Positions 24,470 through 35,000 of a stretch of 60,346 nucleotides of DNA are shown here, piece by piece (the first letter of the stretch is position 1; each line of letters starts with the position of its first letter). The stretch spans positions 1 through 60,346 of IMG/VR virus record IMGVR_UViG_3300031825_000012. One strand, given 5' to 3'. The position numbers were made by a program, and so were the translations under genes. The DNA comes from a virus. The notes under the pieces are model-generated. The model saw nothing but the letters and a program-made list of their open reading frames with translations, was not told the origin of the DNA and ran no database searches.

Positions 24470-25438
24470 ATGAGCGGATTTTTCGGCGGCGGTGGCGGAA
24501 CTGCATTTTCTTTGCTCGATACGCAGATCTTTACCGCCAATGGAACTTGGACGAAGCCAGCCGGTGCCGTGTCAGTGTTTGTTGATGTCGTGGGTGCGGG
24601 CGGGGGCGGCGGTGGCGGGACGGGCGGGGCCGCGGCCTCGGCGAGACCGGGCGGGTCCGGTGGCGGCGGTGGCGCTCGAAATCAGTTGTGGTTCAACGCC
24701 GGAGATTTGAGCGCAACGGAGGCTGTTACTGTCGGTACGGCGGGTTCGGCGGGGTCGGCCGGCAGCTCATCTGGTGGCGGTAGCGGAGGGAACGGCGGCT
24801 CATCTAATTTCGGAACTAAGCTTTATGCTTTCGGCGGGGGCGGCGGCGGTTGCAATACCGGCTCTAATATTTCTGGTGGCGCAGGCGGCGGCACGATGGG
24901 TGCCGGCTCTAATAGCCAAGCAGGAAGCATCGGAGGCGGCGCTCCATCATTAGGAACTTCTTCTCCCAGCCCCGGCGGTGGCGGTGGTGGTGGTGGTTCG
25001 GCCTCGGGTTCGGGTGTCGGCGGCACCCTGGCTGAATGGGGCGGCGGCGGTGGAAGCGGCGTGAACTCTTCTGCTAGCGCGGGGAATAACGGTGGCAATT
25101 CCGCCTACGGTGGCGCTGGGGGTGGTTCGGGTGGCGGCGTGTCCACCGGCAACGTTGCCTCTAATGGCGGCGCTGGTGGCGGGGTGCTGATTACTTCCAA
25201 CACTGGTGGCACAGCGGGCACGGGCGCCGGCGCTGGTGGCGCTGGCGCAACTGGTAACAATATCAATTCTGGATCTGGCGGTGGCGGCGGTGCCGGAAAC
25301 ACCGCTGGTACGGGTGGAAATGGCGGAGGCGGCGGCGTCCCAGGCGGCGCAGGCGGTGGTGGTGGTGGCGGGACGACTATTGGCGGTGCTGGCGGTGCTG
25401 GAGGTCGCGGAGAGGTGAGAGTCTATACCTACGGTTGA
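24470..25438 (+). CDS. Glycine-rich tail-fibre-like protein (322 aa)
   Basis: The N-terminus FTANGTWTKPAGAVSVFVDVVGAGGGGG is typical of phage glycine-rich domain proteins. More than 50% Gly. Confidence 0.65.
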   Translation: MSGFFGGGGGTAFSLLDTQIFTANGTWTKPAGAVSVFVDVVGAGGGGGGGTGGAAASARPGGSGGGGGARNQLWFNAGDLSATEAVTVGTAGSAGSAGSSSGGGSGGNGGSSNFGTKLYAFGGGGGGCNTGSNISGGAGGGTMGAGSNSQAGSIGGGAPSLGTSSPSPGGGGGGGGSASGSGVGGTLAEWGGGGGSGVNSSASAGNNGGNSAYGGAGGGSGGGVSTGNVASNGGAGGGVLITSNTGGTAGTGAGAGGAGATGNNINSGSGGGGGAGNTAGTGGNGGGGGVPGGAGGGGGGGTTIGGAGGAGGRGEVRVYTYG

Positions 25439-25617
25439 TCCGGGTCCGTCGGGCATTTTCGCCATTCAATCGTTCCATCGGCTCGAACGCATTTAACCTC
25501 CAGCCTGTCCGGAGATTCCACCCAACGAAGCTCGGTCGTAAAGATCACTTCGCCGCCGGGCGAGGGATTCAAATTCCGGGCCTCTTCCTTCGCTGCCTCA
25601 AGGGCTGGGTCAATCAT
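25429..25617 (-). CDS. Small protein (62 aa) on the opposite strand inside the tail module
   Basis: Internal ATG of ORF 25429..25767 with an AGGAG RBS 7 nt upstream. Confidence 0.45.
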   Translation of the reverse strand: MIDPALEAAKEEARNLNPSPGGEVIFTTELRWVESPDRLEVKCVRADGTIEWRKCPTDPDQP

Positions 25618-25826
25618 GGCGCTCTCCTGTGCGTCAAGGATTGCATTTCTGGCTTTGCCAAACAACCGCCACATGCAGGGCTCTGAAAATGCTAATTTTC
25701 TTCTGGTCCGATAGCGAACTGTGGCGCCCGATCCTCCCCAGCGGCGGCACATGGACGAACACCCCATCCACCTCGACCGTCTGGACTCCCGTCAGCGGAA
25801 CCTCAGCGACATGGACGCCGCAGTAG

Positions 25827-26066
25827 TCAGGGCGTCTCGGGATGCCCGGATGTCTGGGCCGTGCCTCTCGCTGGCTCTTCGGGCGCCGCTGTGGGTAGTC
25901 CCGCCACGGTTGGCTCTGACGGGGCCGGATCATCAACTGCGGCCCCGATGATGCTAGGCGCAATCTGCGTTCCGGCGTTGATTGCCCATTGGGCACCCTC
26001 GCTGAGCCCACAGGCGCTGAGCGGGGCGGCAAGGACTGCAATGGTTAACGCAACTCGGGCGCGCAT
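25827..26066 (-). CDS. Lipoprotein (79 aa) on the opposite strand inside the tail module
   Basis: MRARVALTIAVLAAPLSAC is a signal peptide with an LSAC lipobox. Confidence 0.6.
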   Translation of the reverse strand: MRARVALTIAVLAAPLSACGLSEGAQWAINAGTQIAPSIIGAAVDDPAPSEPTVAGLPTAAPEEPARGTAQTSGHPETP

Positions 26067-26110
26067 GACGGATAGCCTAGCCCCGACCTCGGTTGAGAGA
26101 AAGCGGTAAA

Positions 26111-27580
26111 ATGATCGGAGTCGGCGAATTCACCCCCGATCAGTCGGCCTTCGGGAGTCCCGGCGCGACAGAAGCCAAGAACGTCATCCCGGCCGCTCAA
26201 TCCTATCGGCCGCTCAAGACCCTGACCGCCTCGGGCTCAGCAGCCTCAACCGTCCGCATTCAAGGCGGGGTTACGCTCCGCTCGACGGATCTGACGGTCA
26301 AGTCGTTCGCCGGGGACGCGACCAAGCTCTATGGCTACGACGGCTCGGCCTGGTCGGACTATTCGCGGACGGTCGGCGGCGCGTATGCGACGCCCACTCA
26401 GGGCATGTGGCGCTTTGCTCAGTTCGGCGATGTCTGCTTGGCTGTGAATGGCTCTGATGCCGTCCAATCGATCACCATGGCGGCGGGGACGAATTTCGCC
26501 GCGCAGTCCGGATCGCCTCCCTCGGGTGCGCGTTACATCGCTGTGGCGCGCGACGTCGTGGCGCTGGCGCGCGATGGGTCCAACTCGAATCGTGTCAGTT
26601 GGTGTGATATCGAGAGCCTGGATTGGACAACGGGCGCGTCTGATATCCAAGATCAGGCAGACGGCGGCCAAATCATGGGCCTGCACTCGGCCGGCGACGA
26701 CTTGGTGGTGTTCCAAGAGCGCTGCATCCGCTTGGGCATCCGCACGGACTATCCGCTGACCTTCACCTTCGACAAGATCGCCCAGGACAAGGGCTGCCTC
26801 GCCGAGTGGGGAACGGCGCAGCATGAAAACCTAATCTTCTTCCTGGCCCATGACGGGTTCTACCTGCTGGCCGGCGGGCAGCAGCTCCAGCCCATCGGGG
26901 CCGAGAAGGTCGACCGGTTCTTCTTCGAGCATCCCGAACACGGGGTGGACCTCAACAATCTGCACCGCGTGACCGGGGCGGTCGATCCGGTCAACAAGCT
27001 CTATCTCGTGAGCTATCCCTCCGTGGGCGGCGGCACCGGCAATCCGGATAAGGCGCTGATCTATCACTGGCAGCTCGGGCGCTGGTCCCGGGCCGAGTTC
27101 GACTGCGACATGCTGCTCTCGGCGATGGTCCAGTCCTCCTGGAACCTCGACAACATCGATACGCTCATCGGGAACTTGGACGCGACGACGCTCTCGCTGG
27201 ACGACCCGGCCTTCACGGGCTCCGGTCGGTTGTTCCTCGCGGCGTTCACAGACGATCACAAGTTGGGCTTCTTCAACGGCTCGAATATGGCGGCGACCGT
27301 GGACACCGGAGAGGCGCAGTTAACCCAGGGGCGCCGCTCCTTGGTTACGGGCGTCCGGCCGCTGGTGGACGGTGCCAGTGCCTCTGTCGCGCTGGGCACC
27401 CGCAATCTGTTGAGCGATAGCGTGTCGTTCGGGACGGCCACGGCGATGAACAGCAACGGCTTGTGCCCCGCTCGAAAGGACGGGCGGTTCCACCGCGCGC
27501 GGATCACCGTCGCGGCCGGTGAGAACTACTCACACATTCTAGGGATCGACCCCGAATTCAAGGCGAGCGGGACGCGATGA
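26111..27580 (+). CDS. Tail structural protein (489 aa), possibly tubular/nozzle-type
   Basis: Internal ATG of ORF 26093..27580; beta-rich; position between the fibres and the internal proteins. Confidence 0.55.
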   Translation: MIGVGEFTPDQSAFGSPGATEAKNVIPAAQSYRPLKTLTASGSAASTVRIQGGVTLRSTDLTVKSFAGDATKLYGYDGSAWSDYSRTVGGAYATPTQGMWRFAQFGDVCLAVNGSDAVQSITMAAGTNFAAQSGSPPSGARYIAVARDVVALARDGSNSNRVSWCDIESLDWTTGASDIQDQADGGQIMGLHSAGDDLVVFQERCIRLGIRTDYPLTFTFDKIAQDKGCLAEWGTAQHENLIFFLAHDGFYLLAGGQQLQPIGAEKVDRFFFEHPEHGVDLNNLHRVTGAVDPVNKLYLVSYPSVGGGTGNPDKALIYHWQLGRWSRAEFDCDMLLSAMVQSSWNLDNIDTLIGNLDATTLSLDDPAFTGSGRLFLAAFTDDHKLGFFNGSNMAATVDTGEAQLTQGRRSLVTGVRPLVDGASASVALGTRNLLSDSVSFGTATAMNSNGLCPARKDGRFHRARITVAAGENYSHILGIDPEFKASGTR

Positions 27581-27798
27581 GCGATAACGTCGAGAAATTC
27601 CCCGGCGCGTTCTTCGGCACCATCCCATCTGAAACGATCCTGAGCGCCGCGATTGAAGCCGATCTGCCGGGCGTAATCGTGATCGGATACGACAAGGACG
27701 GCAATCTCTATTGGGCGCATTCGATGCCCGAGCCAGAAAAGGTTATCTGGCTCTTGCGGGCTACCGAACGCCAGATATTTGAGGCCTGCGATCTATGA
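27577..27798 (+). CDS. Hypothetical protein (73 aa)
   Basis: ORF track; ATGA overlaps. Confidence 0.5.
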   Translation: MSDNVEKFPGAFFGTIPSETILSAAIEADLPGVIVIGYDKDGNLYWAHSMPEPEKVIWLLRATERQIFEACDL

Positions 27799-28163
27799 CC
27801 GTCTTCAAGCCGCTCCCGCCTCCATTACCGCCTACGATGCTTGGCAGCCTGCAAGATGCCGTCACATACCTCCGCTACATCTTCGAGTATCTCCGCCGCA
27901 TCTATGATGTGATCCGAGGCGTCCAGATCGGCAAGCTCCAGTGCACGACGACCGTCACGCTCACGGCCTCGGCGACGACCACCACGCTAACGGATGCGCG
28001 GATTGGCGCCGAAAGCGTGATCCTCTTCATGCCGACGACCGCCAACGCAGCCGGGGCGATGACCAACCTCTATGTCTCGGCCCGCGCTCAGGGCTCGGCG
28101 ACACTCACGCATAGCAGCACAGCGACGACGGATCGTGTCTTTGGCGTAATTGTGATCGGATAA
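27795..28163 (+). CDS. Hypothetical structural protein (122 aa)
   Basis: ORF track. Confidence 0.5.
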   Translation: MTVFKPLPPPLPPTMLGSLQDAVTYLRYIFEYLRRIYDVIRGVQIGKLQCTTTVTLTASATTTTLTDARIGAESVILFMPTTANAAGAMTNLYVSARAQGSATLTHSSTATTDRVFGVIVIG

Positions 28164-28166
28164 TCC

Positions 28167-28604
28167 ATGCCACCTCGCGGCCTTCTCGAAGCATTGTCAG
28201 CGAAACAAACTCCACAGGCAGCGCCATCAAATGGCGGTTTATTGGCCGCACTCGGTGCCATGCCGCGCCCGCAGCCGATGGGATCGATGAACCTAACGCC
28301 GCAGGAAACATTCCTCTATCAGCATCACCTGCAAAACCTCATCGGCCCCGGCAAGGTCATGAATGCCGATGGCTCAATCTCCACAATCTTCCAGTTCCCC
28401 GCCGAGCACGGCGGTAAATTCTACAACATCCCCACAGTGTGGGACGGAAAGATACTCTCGGCAGACGAAGCCAAGAAACGTGCCGCGAAGATCGGTTGGG
28501 ACAAATGGCCGTCCTACTCGACTCCAGAGGAAGCCGATGCCCGCTATATGCGGATGCACGACGCCATGGACTCCGATGTTGGCTCCTATCTGGAGAACCA
28601 ATAA
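28167..28604 (+). CDS. Hypothetical virion protein (145 aa)
   Basis: ORF track. Confidence 0.55.
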   Translation: MPPRGLLEALSAKQTPQAAPSNGGLLAALGAMPRPQPMGSMNLTPQETFLYQHHLQNLIGPGKVMNADGSISTIFQFPAEHGGKFYNIPTVWDGKILSADEAKKRAAKIGWDKWPSYSTPEEADARYMRMHDAMDSDVGSYLENQ

Positions 28605-29641
28605 TGCCCCGTCACGATCTCTCCGACCTCAGCGACATGGACCTCGCGCGCCTGTTGGGCGCGAAGGGGCGCAATGGCGATTCACTGGTCGCGCATATCA
28701 ACCCGCAGGAGGCGTCTCTCCTGAAGGCGCTCGGCGGCTCGGGCACGCGGAATCCCCGGACGGGGCTACTCGAATTCTCGCCCATGGGCGGGCAGGCGGG
28801 CGGCAAGGACGGAACGGGTATCGGCGGCTCCGAGAAGGGCGGACGCTCGAACTCCGGAGCGGGCCCGGCTGCGGCTGGCGCGGGACAGGGACATCTCGGT
28901 ATGGGCTATGGCGGCGGTGTCGGCATGGACAAGCGCTCGACCGCCGATGCGCCTCAGAAGGGCGGCTACGGCAAGACCGCGAAAGGTGCGGCCGGCGGCA
29001 TGGTCGGGGTCGCTCCGGACTCAACTCAGTCCGGCGGCACGGCAGAGCAATCGGGAGCCCCATTTTCGGGTGGCTCGGTTGCCGACAAGGACTTTTTCGA
29101 CCGGTTCGCGGGCGGCCTGTTCGGCGGCTTGGGCTCTACGGTTGGCGGGACGCTCGGAACTCTTGCCGGCGGGCCATTTGGCGGAATCCTCGGCACGATT
29201 GGTGGTGCCGCGGCAGAGGCCGCTTTCGGCGGGCCGTCTGAGAAAGACAACACGAAACAAGATGGTACGTCTGGCGGCCCGGCTGGCTCAGGGGGCTCGG
29301 GCGGGCCCGGTCCCGGCGCTGGTCCAGGCAGCGAATCCGGCGCTGGTATGGGCTATGGCGGCGGTGTCGGCATTGGCGGTTCAGGTCCTGGAAATATCCC
29401 CGGCTCTCTCGCGGCTGCCGCGCGACAGGCAGAGATCGACCGCGCGACGGCAACGCAGCCACAGAACACGGGCTTGATCGCGGCCCTGAGCCCACCGGTT
29501 CCCGGGGCAATGCCAGCGCTGCCGGCGGGCCTGCTCCAGTACCTCGCACAGAACCCGGGCCTCATTCAGGGCCTGACCAACACCTCGCGCTTCGGCACCG
29601 GCTCGGTCGCGCCCTTGAACTACATGCGGACCTACGCTTGA
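28604..29641 (+). CDS. Glycine-rich internal-virion-like protein (345 aa)
   Basis: Internal ATG of ORF 28439..29641 overlapping the upstream TAA. Contains a 29-nt exact internal repeat encoding GMGYGGGVG. Confidence 0.6.
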   Translation: MPRHDLSDLSDMDLARLLGAKGRNGDSLVAHINPQEASLLKALGGSGTRNPRTGLLEFSPMGGQAGGKDGTGIGGSEKGGRSNSGAGPAAAGAGQGHLGMGYGGGVGMDKRSTADAPQKGGYGKTAKGAAGGMVGVAPDSTQSGGTAEQSGAPFSGGSVADKDFFDRFAGGLFGGLGSTVGGTLGTLAGGPFGGILGTIGGAAAEAAFGGPSEKDNTKQDGTSGGPAGSGGSGGPGPGAGPGSESGAGMGYGGGVGIGGSGPGNIPGSLAAAARQAEIDRATATQPQNTGLIAALSPPVPGAMPALPAGLLQYLAQNPGLIQGLTNTSRFGTGSVAPLNYMRTYA

Positions 29642-30063
29642 CCGATCTGGTTGGGATTCCGAGCGCGAACGTCGATCAGGTCTGGCCGCTGATTGAGGAT
29701 CGGATCGAGGAAGCCTGCCTGACATCGAGGGGCAAAGAGAAGGCCTTCGATATCCGACGCTCGGCCCGGTACGGCGAAAAGCAGATCTGGGTTGTCTGGG
29801 ATGCCGACGCCAAGGATGTTCTGGCGATGGTCGTGACCGAGCTTGTGGTCTATCCGCGCAAGAAGGTCTGCCACATTCAGATCTGCGTCGGCGATCAGCG
29901 CGAGCGCTGGCAGCATCATATTTCGATCATCGAGAATTGGGCGAGGGAAAACGGCTGCCGGGGCATGTCCCTGGTGGCGCGGCCCGGCTGGTCGCGCATC
30001 CTCAAACAATACGGCTACGACACGACCCACCATCTGGTGGAGAAGGATTTGCAAGATGCCTGA
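29638..30063 (+). CDS. Possible GNAT-like acetyltransferase-fold protein (141 aa; TTG start)
   Basis: The C-terminal ...IENWARENGCRGMSLVARPGWSRILKQYGYD resembles the GNAT motif A/B region. Weak. Confidence 0.4.
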   Translation: MTDLVGIPSANVDQVWPLIEDRIEEACLTSRGKEKAFDIRRSARYGEKQIWVVWDADAKDVLAMVVTELVVYPRKKVCHIQICVGDQRERWQHHISIIENWARENGCRGMSLVARPGWSRILKQYGYDTTHHLVEKDLQDA

Positions 30064-30823
30064 TTTTGGCGGCGGCGGCGGAAATACACAGTCGGTGCAG
30101 ACCTCCGAGCCCTGGGGTCCGGTCCAGCAGCCGCTCAAGGACGTGATCGCGAAGGCCGGGCAGCTCTATGGCTCCGGTGCGTTCACACCGCAGAGCCCGG
30201 GCTTTCAGACGACCGCCGATTTCTCGCCCGAGCAGTTGCAGGCCCAAGCGATGGGAGTCGCCCGAGCCACCAACGGCTCGCCGCTCAACGCCGCTGCCTC
30301 GGGCTATCTACAGCAGGTCCTGGGCGGGAACTTCCTCAACAGCAATCCCTACAACGCGACGTTGGCCAGCCGCACGGGCTCGATGATCACCGATCAACTC
30401 AGCCGGGCCGGACGATTTGGCGCGAACAACGCGACGACGCGCGGGCTCGCCGAGGGCCTGGCGCCCGTCCTGAATCAGAACTATCAGACCGAGCGCGGCT
30501 ATCAGCAGGCGGCGGCGAACATGGCCCCGCAGCAGGCTAGCACGGATTACACGGACATCGCGGCCTTGGGCACTATCGGAGACCAGCGCCAGGCCCAGGC
30601 ACAGGCGGCCCTCAATGAGGCCACCCAGCGCTTCCAGACCGCCCAGACGGGCCCACAGAACGCGCTGGCGACCTATCTGGGATTCTTGAACGGACAGGGC
30701 GGACAGACGCAGACCATGACGGCCCCCAACACCGCGCCCTCGGGCGCCCAGCAGGGCATCGGCGCGGGGCTTAGCCTGCTCGGCACACTCGCTCAACTTT
30801 ATGGCTCGGGAGCCTTCTCATGA
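30056..30823 (+). CDS. Internal-virion-like protein (255 aa)
   Basis: Internal ATG of ORF 29843..30823; Gln/Ala/Gly-rich. Confidence 0.55.
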   Translation: MPDFGGGGGNTQSVQTSEPWGPVQQPLKDVIAKAGQLYGSGAFTPQSPGFQTTADFSPEQLQAQAMGVARATNGSPLNAAASGYLQQVLGGNFLNSNPYNATLASRTGSMITDQLSRAGRFGANNATTRGLAEGLAPVLNQNYQTERGYQQAAANMAPQQASTDYTDIAALGTIGDQRQAQAQAALNEATQRFQTAQTGPQNALATYLGFLNGQGGQTQTMTAPNTAPSGAQQGIGAGLSLLGTLAQLYGSGAFS

Positions 30824-32334
30824 CATGGCCCTTCGATTCATTCGCGCCGGCCGGGACGGGAAACAGCGACTACCGTCAGGTCCTGGGATATGACCCCAAG
30901 GCCGCGCTGTGGTCGCAGATCGCGGCGGCTCTTCAACAGGCGGGCGCTGGCGTCGCCACGGCTCCCCGTGGTCAGGCTGTCGGGCAGGGATTGCTTGGCG
31001 TTCTCCAGGGTACCCAACAGGGCCAGCAGAACTATGAAAGCGGGCTGCTGAATCAGTTCAAGTGGAAGCAGCTCGCCGACGAACAAAAACAGCAAGCCGC
31101 CGCGCGGGCGTACTTGCAGCCGCTTGTTGGCGGCCAGACCGTTGGGGCCAATCCGGTGCCGTTCAATACGGCCTTCGATACCGCTGGCGTAACGAATGGA
31201 CCGGCTGGCGATAGCGGAGCCGATTCAACTGCCAGTGATCCCTTTGCCGACATTCCCGAAAACGTGAAGGCTGTTGCGCGCAGCTATATCGAGTCCGGTG
31301 ACTATGATAGCGCCCGCAAGACCATCAATGATTTCCGCTTGAAGGGTGGGCCGCAGTTGCCCGGCAAGGTCGGGGAGCTCAAGGCCGCGATCGACAATGG
31401 CTTCGTTCCGCCCGAGACCACGCTTGATGAATACGCGAGAATCGGCCAGGACCCCGCTGCCCCAATCATCAAGGACTTCATCCAGGGCAACCAGACGATT
31501 CAGAAGCAGTGGAATCCGCAGACCAGGGCATGGGATGTGGTCGGGCAGGGTAGCCGCTTCGCGCCCACGCAGCCGCAGGGATATGAACCCATCAATATCA
31601 AGATGCCGAATGGGACGTTCGTCACCGCGAACAAGAACAATCCGATTGAGGTTGCCGCACTTGTGAAACAAGGCGGCGTGCAACAGAACCCGCCGACGAC
31701 GACCAACGTCGTCAACATTGGGCCTAACGGGGTGGATTATGGCGACCCAGGCAAGGGCCTCGTCTGGTCGCGCAATCCCGATGGCACGGTCAAGCTGGAT
31801 GAGCGCGGTGCGCCCGTGGCGATCCCGTTCCAGGGCGGCGAGGCCTATCAGAAGCAACAGGAAGAGGCCGGCAAAACCGAGACGCAGAACAAGCAGCAGA
31901 CGACCGCCGCCACAATCGTCACTCAAGACATTGATCGCGCGACCAACCTGATCAATTCCGCGCCAGCGTGGACGACCGGGTATCTTGGTGATTGGCTCAG
32001 CACTATTGGCGGCACGACCGCCAATGACGTTCGGGCGCTGTTGACGACCATCAAGGCTAACGCTGGGTTCGATCGGTTGCAGCAGATGCGGAATTCGTCG
32101 CCGACCGGCGGCGCATTGGGGAATGTCTCGGAAATGGAACTGTCGACTCTCCAGTCAGCCATCGGAAATCTTGAGCAGAGCCAGAGCAAGAAGCAGATCC
32201 TCGAAAACCTTGCCCGCGTGAAGCAGATTTACAGCCAGATCATCGATGGGCCGGACTCCTCGGCTGGCTCTCCGGGCGCTGGCTCCAGTGGCAATATCCC
32301 GCCGCCTCCGGCTGGATTCACGGTGGTTCAGTAA
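30820..32334 (+). CDS. Internal-virion-like protein (504 aa)
   Basis: ORF track; ATGA overlap. Confidence 0.6.
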   Translation: MTWPFDSFAPAGTGNSDYRQVLGYDPKAALWSQIAAALQQAGAGVATAPRGQAVGQGLLGVLQGTQQGQQNYESGLLNQFKWKQLADEQKQQAAARAYLQPLVGGQTVGANPVPFNTAFDTAGVTNGPAGDSGADSTASDPFADIPENVKAVARSYIESGDYDSARKTINDFRLKGGPQLPGKVGELKAAIDNGFVPPETTLDEYARIGQDPAAPIIKDFIQGNQTIQKQWNPQTRAWDVVGQGSRFAPTQPQGYEPINIKMPNGTFVTANKNNPIEVAALVKQGGVQQNPPTTTNVVNIGPNGVDYGDPGKGLVWSRNPDGTVKLDERGAPVAIPFQGGEAYQKQQEEAGKTETQNKQQTTAATIVTQDIDRATNLINSAPAWTTGYLGDWLSTIGGTTANDVRALLTTIKANAGFDRLQQMRNSSPTGGALGNVSEMELSTLQSAIGNLEQSQSKKQILENLARVKQIYSQIIDGPDSSAGSPGAGSSGNIPPPPAGFTVVQ

Positions 32335-35000
32335 TGGCATACGCGACAAACGATAAAGGCGACGTGCTGGAGCTCTCTGACGGCCAGTGGAAGCCCGTCG
32401 ACAAGTCGCGCATCGCTGTCAATCCGCAGACTAAGCAGACAGCTGTTTTTGACGGCAAGGCATGGCAGACGCTCGGGGCGGCGAAAGACACGGGAGCGGC
32501 TCCAGAAGTCGGCTCGCGCATCAATGAAATGGCCGCGCCCGGATTCGAGAGATTCTCTCAGAACTATCTCGATAAGCCACTGGCCTATGCGGCGTCCGGT
32601 ATCGCCGGGCTTCCTGGCGAGGCCTACCTTGCGGCCGAAAAGCTGTTGGCGCTGCCCTATATGAAGCCGTCCGAGGTGGACAAACTCCCGCACGTCATCC
32701 CGACTTCAGGCGACATCTACAAGACATTCTTTCAGCCGCCCCCTGAATTCGAGGCGCCGCAGCCGGAGAGTGCTGGCGGGCGTATCGCGCAGGCCGCATT
32801 GACCGGCGCTGCGGCCGTTCCCATGGGCGGCGGCGGTGCATCCATCCCGATGCTGATTGGTGGTGCTTCGAGTGGTGCCCTGGCTCAGGGCGCAGGCGAG
32901 GTTACGAACAACGACCCCCTGACCATGCTCCTTGCCGGGACGCTTCCACTGTTCTTCGGCTATGGTACGGCAGCGGGCGTCGGTGCCGCGAGCAAGCTGC
33001 GCGCGCCCTTCCGCGCCCCGTCTCAGGAGGTCATCGCCGGCAGGATTCTGCGCCAGTCCGCCGTCAATCCTAACGTCGAGAGTCCTCCAGTCCCGCTGCG
33101 TCAAGAGGGGTTCAAGCCGACTGTCGGGCAGGCGACCGGCGATCCTGGATTGCTTCAGGCTGAACGTGTGCTGCAGACTGGCGCTGGGACCGAAGGAACG
33201 CCGCTCAATCCGAGCAATGTTGCCGGCGGGTATATCGACCGCAAGGTTCAGAATGCCGAGGCGATCAAGCGCGCCATTGCAGGACAGACAGACGGCGGGG
33301 CTGCGGCGGACGTGGCGCCGGTTGTGCGGACAGCCGTAGCAACCCAAAATCAGGCGGCTACCGATCTCCTGGCCCGCGCTCAAGCGGAAGTCCGCCGGGG
33401 ATTCACCGATGCCGCCGGCACTCCTGCGCCTAATCAGACAATCCCGCAGACGGCTGGCACGATCATCCGAGACCAGCTCGCGGCCCAGCGAGATAACCTC
33501 GCGACCGTGCGCGCCCGCGAGGCTGGGAATACTTATTCCGCCGTTGACGCCAGCACGGCCGCCGTCAATCTTGATCCTGTCCACAGCATCATTGCCGACG
33601 GATTGGCGAAATTCGAGAACACCGGGATTGGCAGCGCAATCGAGACCGCACAGAAAGCACTCCTTCTAAAGAGCGGGACGCCGAAGACCCAACTAAGCCA
33701 ACTTCAGGCAGCCCTTGGCGATATTCGAGATCAAGCAGGCGCCCTCTCGCGGGCCGGCAACAACAAGGCGGCTTTCCAGGTTGGCCGGATTGCCGATGCC
33801 CTTGAGGCGCAGATCAATGACGCCGATCTTGCGTTGCAGAACGCCAACGATTCCTACGCCGCGGCTTCGCGTCCTCTCGATCCCTACAACAAGCCCGATG
33901 TCGGTAATGCCGCGTCTGTGCTGAAGCAGACCCGCTATGGCGAGGGTTACGCGACGGGCCCAGAGACCGTCCCGGGGGTCTATTTCAACAGCAAGCCCAC
34001 CGCCGCGTCCGATATGCAGGAATTTCAGCGACTGCTGGGCAGGAATCCCCAGGCCGTCCAGGCAATGCGCCGATATGCCGCCAGCTCTGCCCTCGATGCC
34101 GCGACGAATCCGGACGGCACGTTGTCGGTCTCGAAATTCCAGAAATGGCTGACGGATCACGCCGACGCCATCGCGCAATCGCCCGAGATCCAGGCCGACG
34201 TGAATGCCCTCTCTCAGCGTTTCGGGATGATCGATCGCGCCGAGGGACAAGCGAAATTGATGCAGGCGCCACGTGAGGTCCAGGCCTGGGTTGACAGCGA
34301 CCCCGCTCACGCCGTGCGCGCCGTCACGGGAGCCGCCAACCAAGCCCAGGCCGCAGCCAATGTCTGGCGCGCCGTTGGAATGGACCGGGCCGCCCAGAAC
34401 GGCCTGCGAGCCTCCTATGTGGACGCCTTCAATGCGGCCACGGTCGGGGCCACTGGATACAAGTCCGAGGTCGCCCGGCAGTTTCTCCTGCGCACCGCAG
34501 ACATGCGGAAAATCTGGTTCACACCCGAACAGCACGCGATATGGAATGAAATCCAGAGCGCGATGAAGATGAACGACGCGACGGCGAATTCAGTTCTCCG
34601 CGGCGGCTCCGATACGATGCAGAAGCTCGTGGGAAAGAGTTTCCTGAATGTCATCGTCGGGAATTGGGTCAAGCCAGTAGGGCAGACACTCGGTGGCATC
34701 GGTGGCTATGTCGCCGGCAAGGCTCTCCCTGGTGTTGGCGAGGCTGCCGGCGAGGTGGCCGGCCCCCTGATCGGACTCAAGACCGGTGGAGATCTTATCA
34801 GCAAGATCTACGCGATGCCAAAAGGTCAGATCATCGATCTGCTGAACCGCGCGATGCAGGACCCCGCCCTCGCAAGGGCTCTCATGATGAAGGCCGGCAC
34901 ACCGCCGAAGATGGTTCCGAAAATCCTCAGCGATTATCTTGAGGGCGCCGTTCGCTCAGTTCCCGCCTTAGCCTATCGCTATCGGGACGCTGCCGAATAA
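32334..35000 (+). CDS. Large internal-virion/ejection-like protein (888 aa)
   Basis: Largest ORF in the window; last of a series of overlapping late genes. Confidence 0.7.
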   Translation: MAYATNDKGDVLELSDGQWKPVDKSRIAVNPQTKQTAVFDGKAWQTLGAAKDTGAAPEVGSRINEMAAPGFERFSQNYLDKPLAYAASGIAGLPGEAYLAAEKLLALPYMKPSEVDKLPHVIPTSGDIYKTFFQPPPEFEAPQPESAGGRIAQAALTGAAAVPMGGGGASIPMLIGGASSGALAQGAGEVTNNDPLTMLLAGTLPLFFGYGTAAGVGAASKLRAPFRAPSQEVIAGRILRQSAVNPNVESPPVPLRQEGFKPTVGQATGDPGLLQAERVLQTGAGTEGTPLNPSNVAGGYIDRKVQNAEAIKRAIAGQTDGGAAADVAPVVRTAVATQNQAATDLLARAQAEVRRGFTDAAGTPAPNQTIPQTAGTIIRDQLAAQRDNLATVRAREAGNTYSAVDASTAAVNLDPVHSIIADGLAKFENTGIGSAIETAQKALLLKSGTPKTQLSQLQAALGDIRDQAGALSRAGNNKAAFQVGRIADALEAQINDADLALQNANDSYAAASRPLDPYNKPDVGNAASVLKQTRYGEGYATGPETVPGVYFNSKPTAASDMQEFQRLLGRNPQAVQAMRRYAASSALDAATNPDGTLSVSKFQKWLTDHADAIAQSPEIQADVNALSQRFGMIDRAEGQAKLMQAPREVQAWVDSDPAHAVRAVTGAANQAQAAANVWRAVGMDRAAQNGLRASYVDAFNAATVGATGYKSEVARQFLLRTADMRKIWFTPEQHAIWNEIQSAMKMNDATANSVLRGGSDTMQKLVGKSFLNVIVGNWVKPVGQTLGGIGGYVAGKALPGVGEAAGEVAGPLIGLKTGGDLISKIYAMPKGQIIDLLNRAMQDPALARALMMKAGTPPKMVPKILSDYLEGAVRSVPALAYRYRDAAE

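Noticed and set aside
24470-25438. Highly repetitive GGC/GGT-rich DNA that could be mistaken for a repeat array
   Set aside because: It is one continuous ORF with a recognisable phage glycine-rich fibre N-terminus. It has no spacer/repeat periodicity, so it is not a CRISPR array or satellite.
25629-25826. 65-aa plus-strand ORF with TW/TP repeats between the two minus-strand moron-like genes
   Set aside because: There is no RBS, it partly overlaps the minus-strand ORF frame, and it has poor codon bias.
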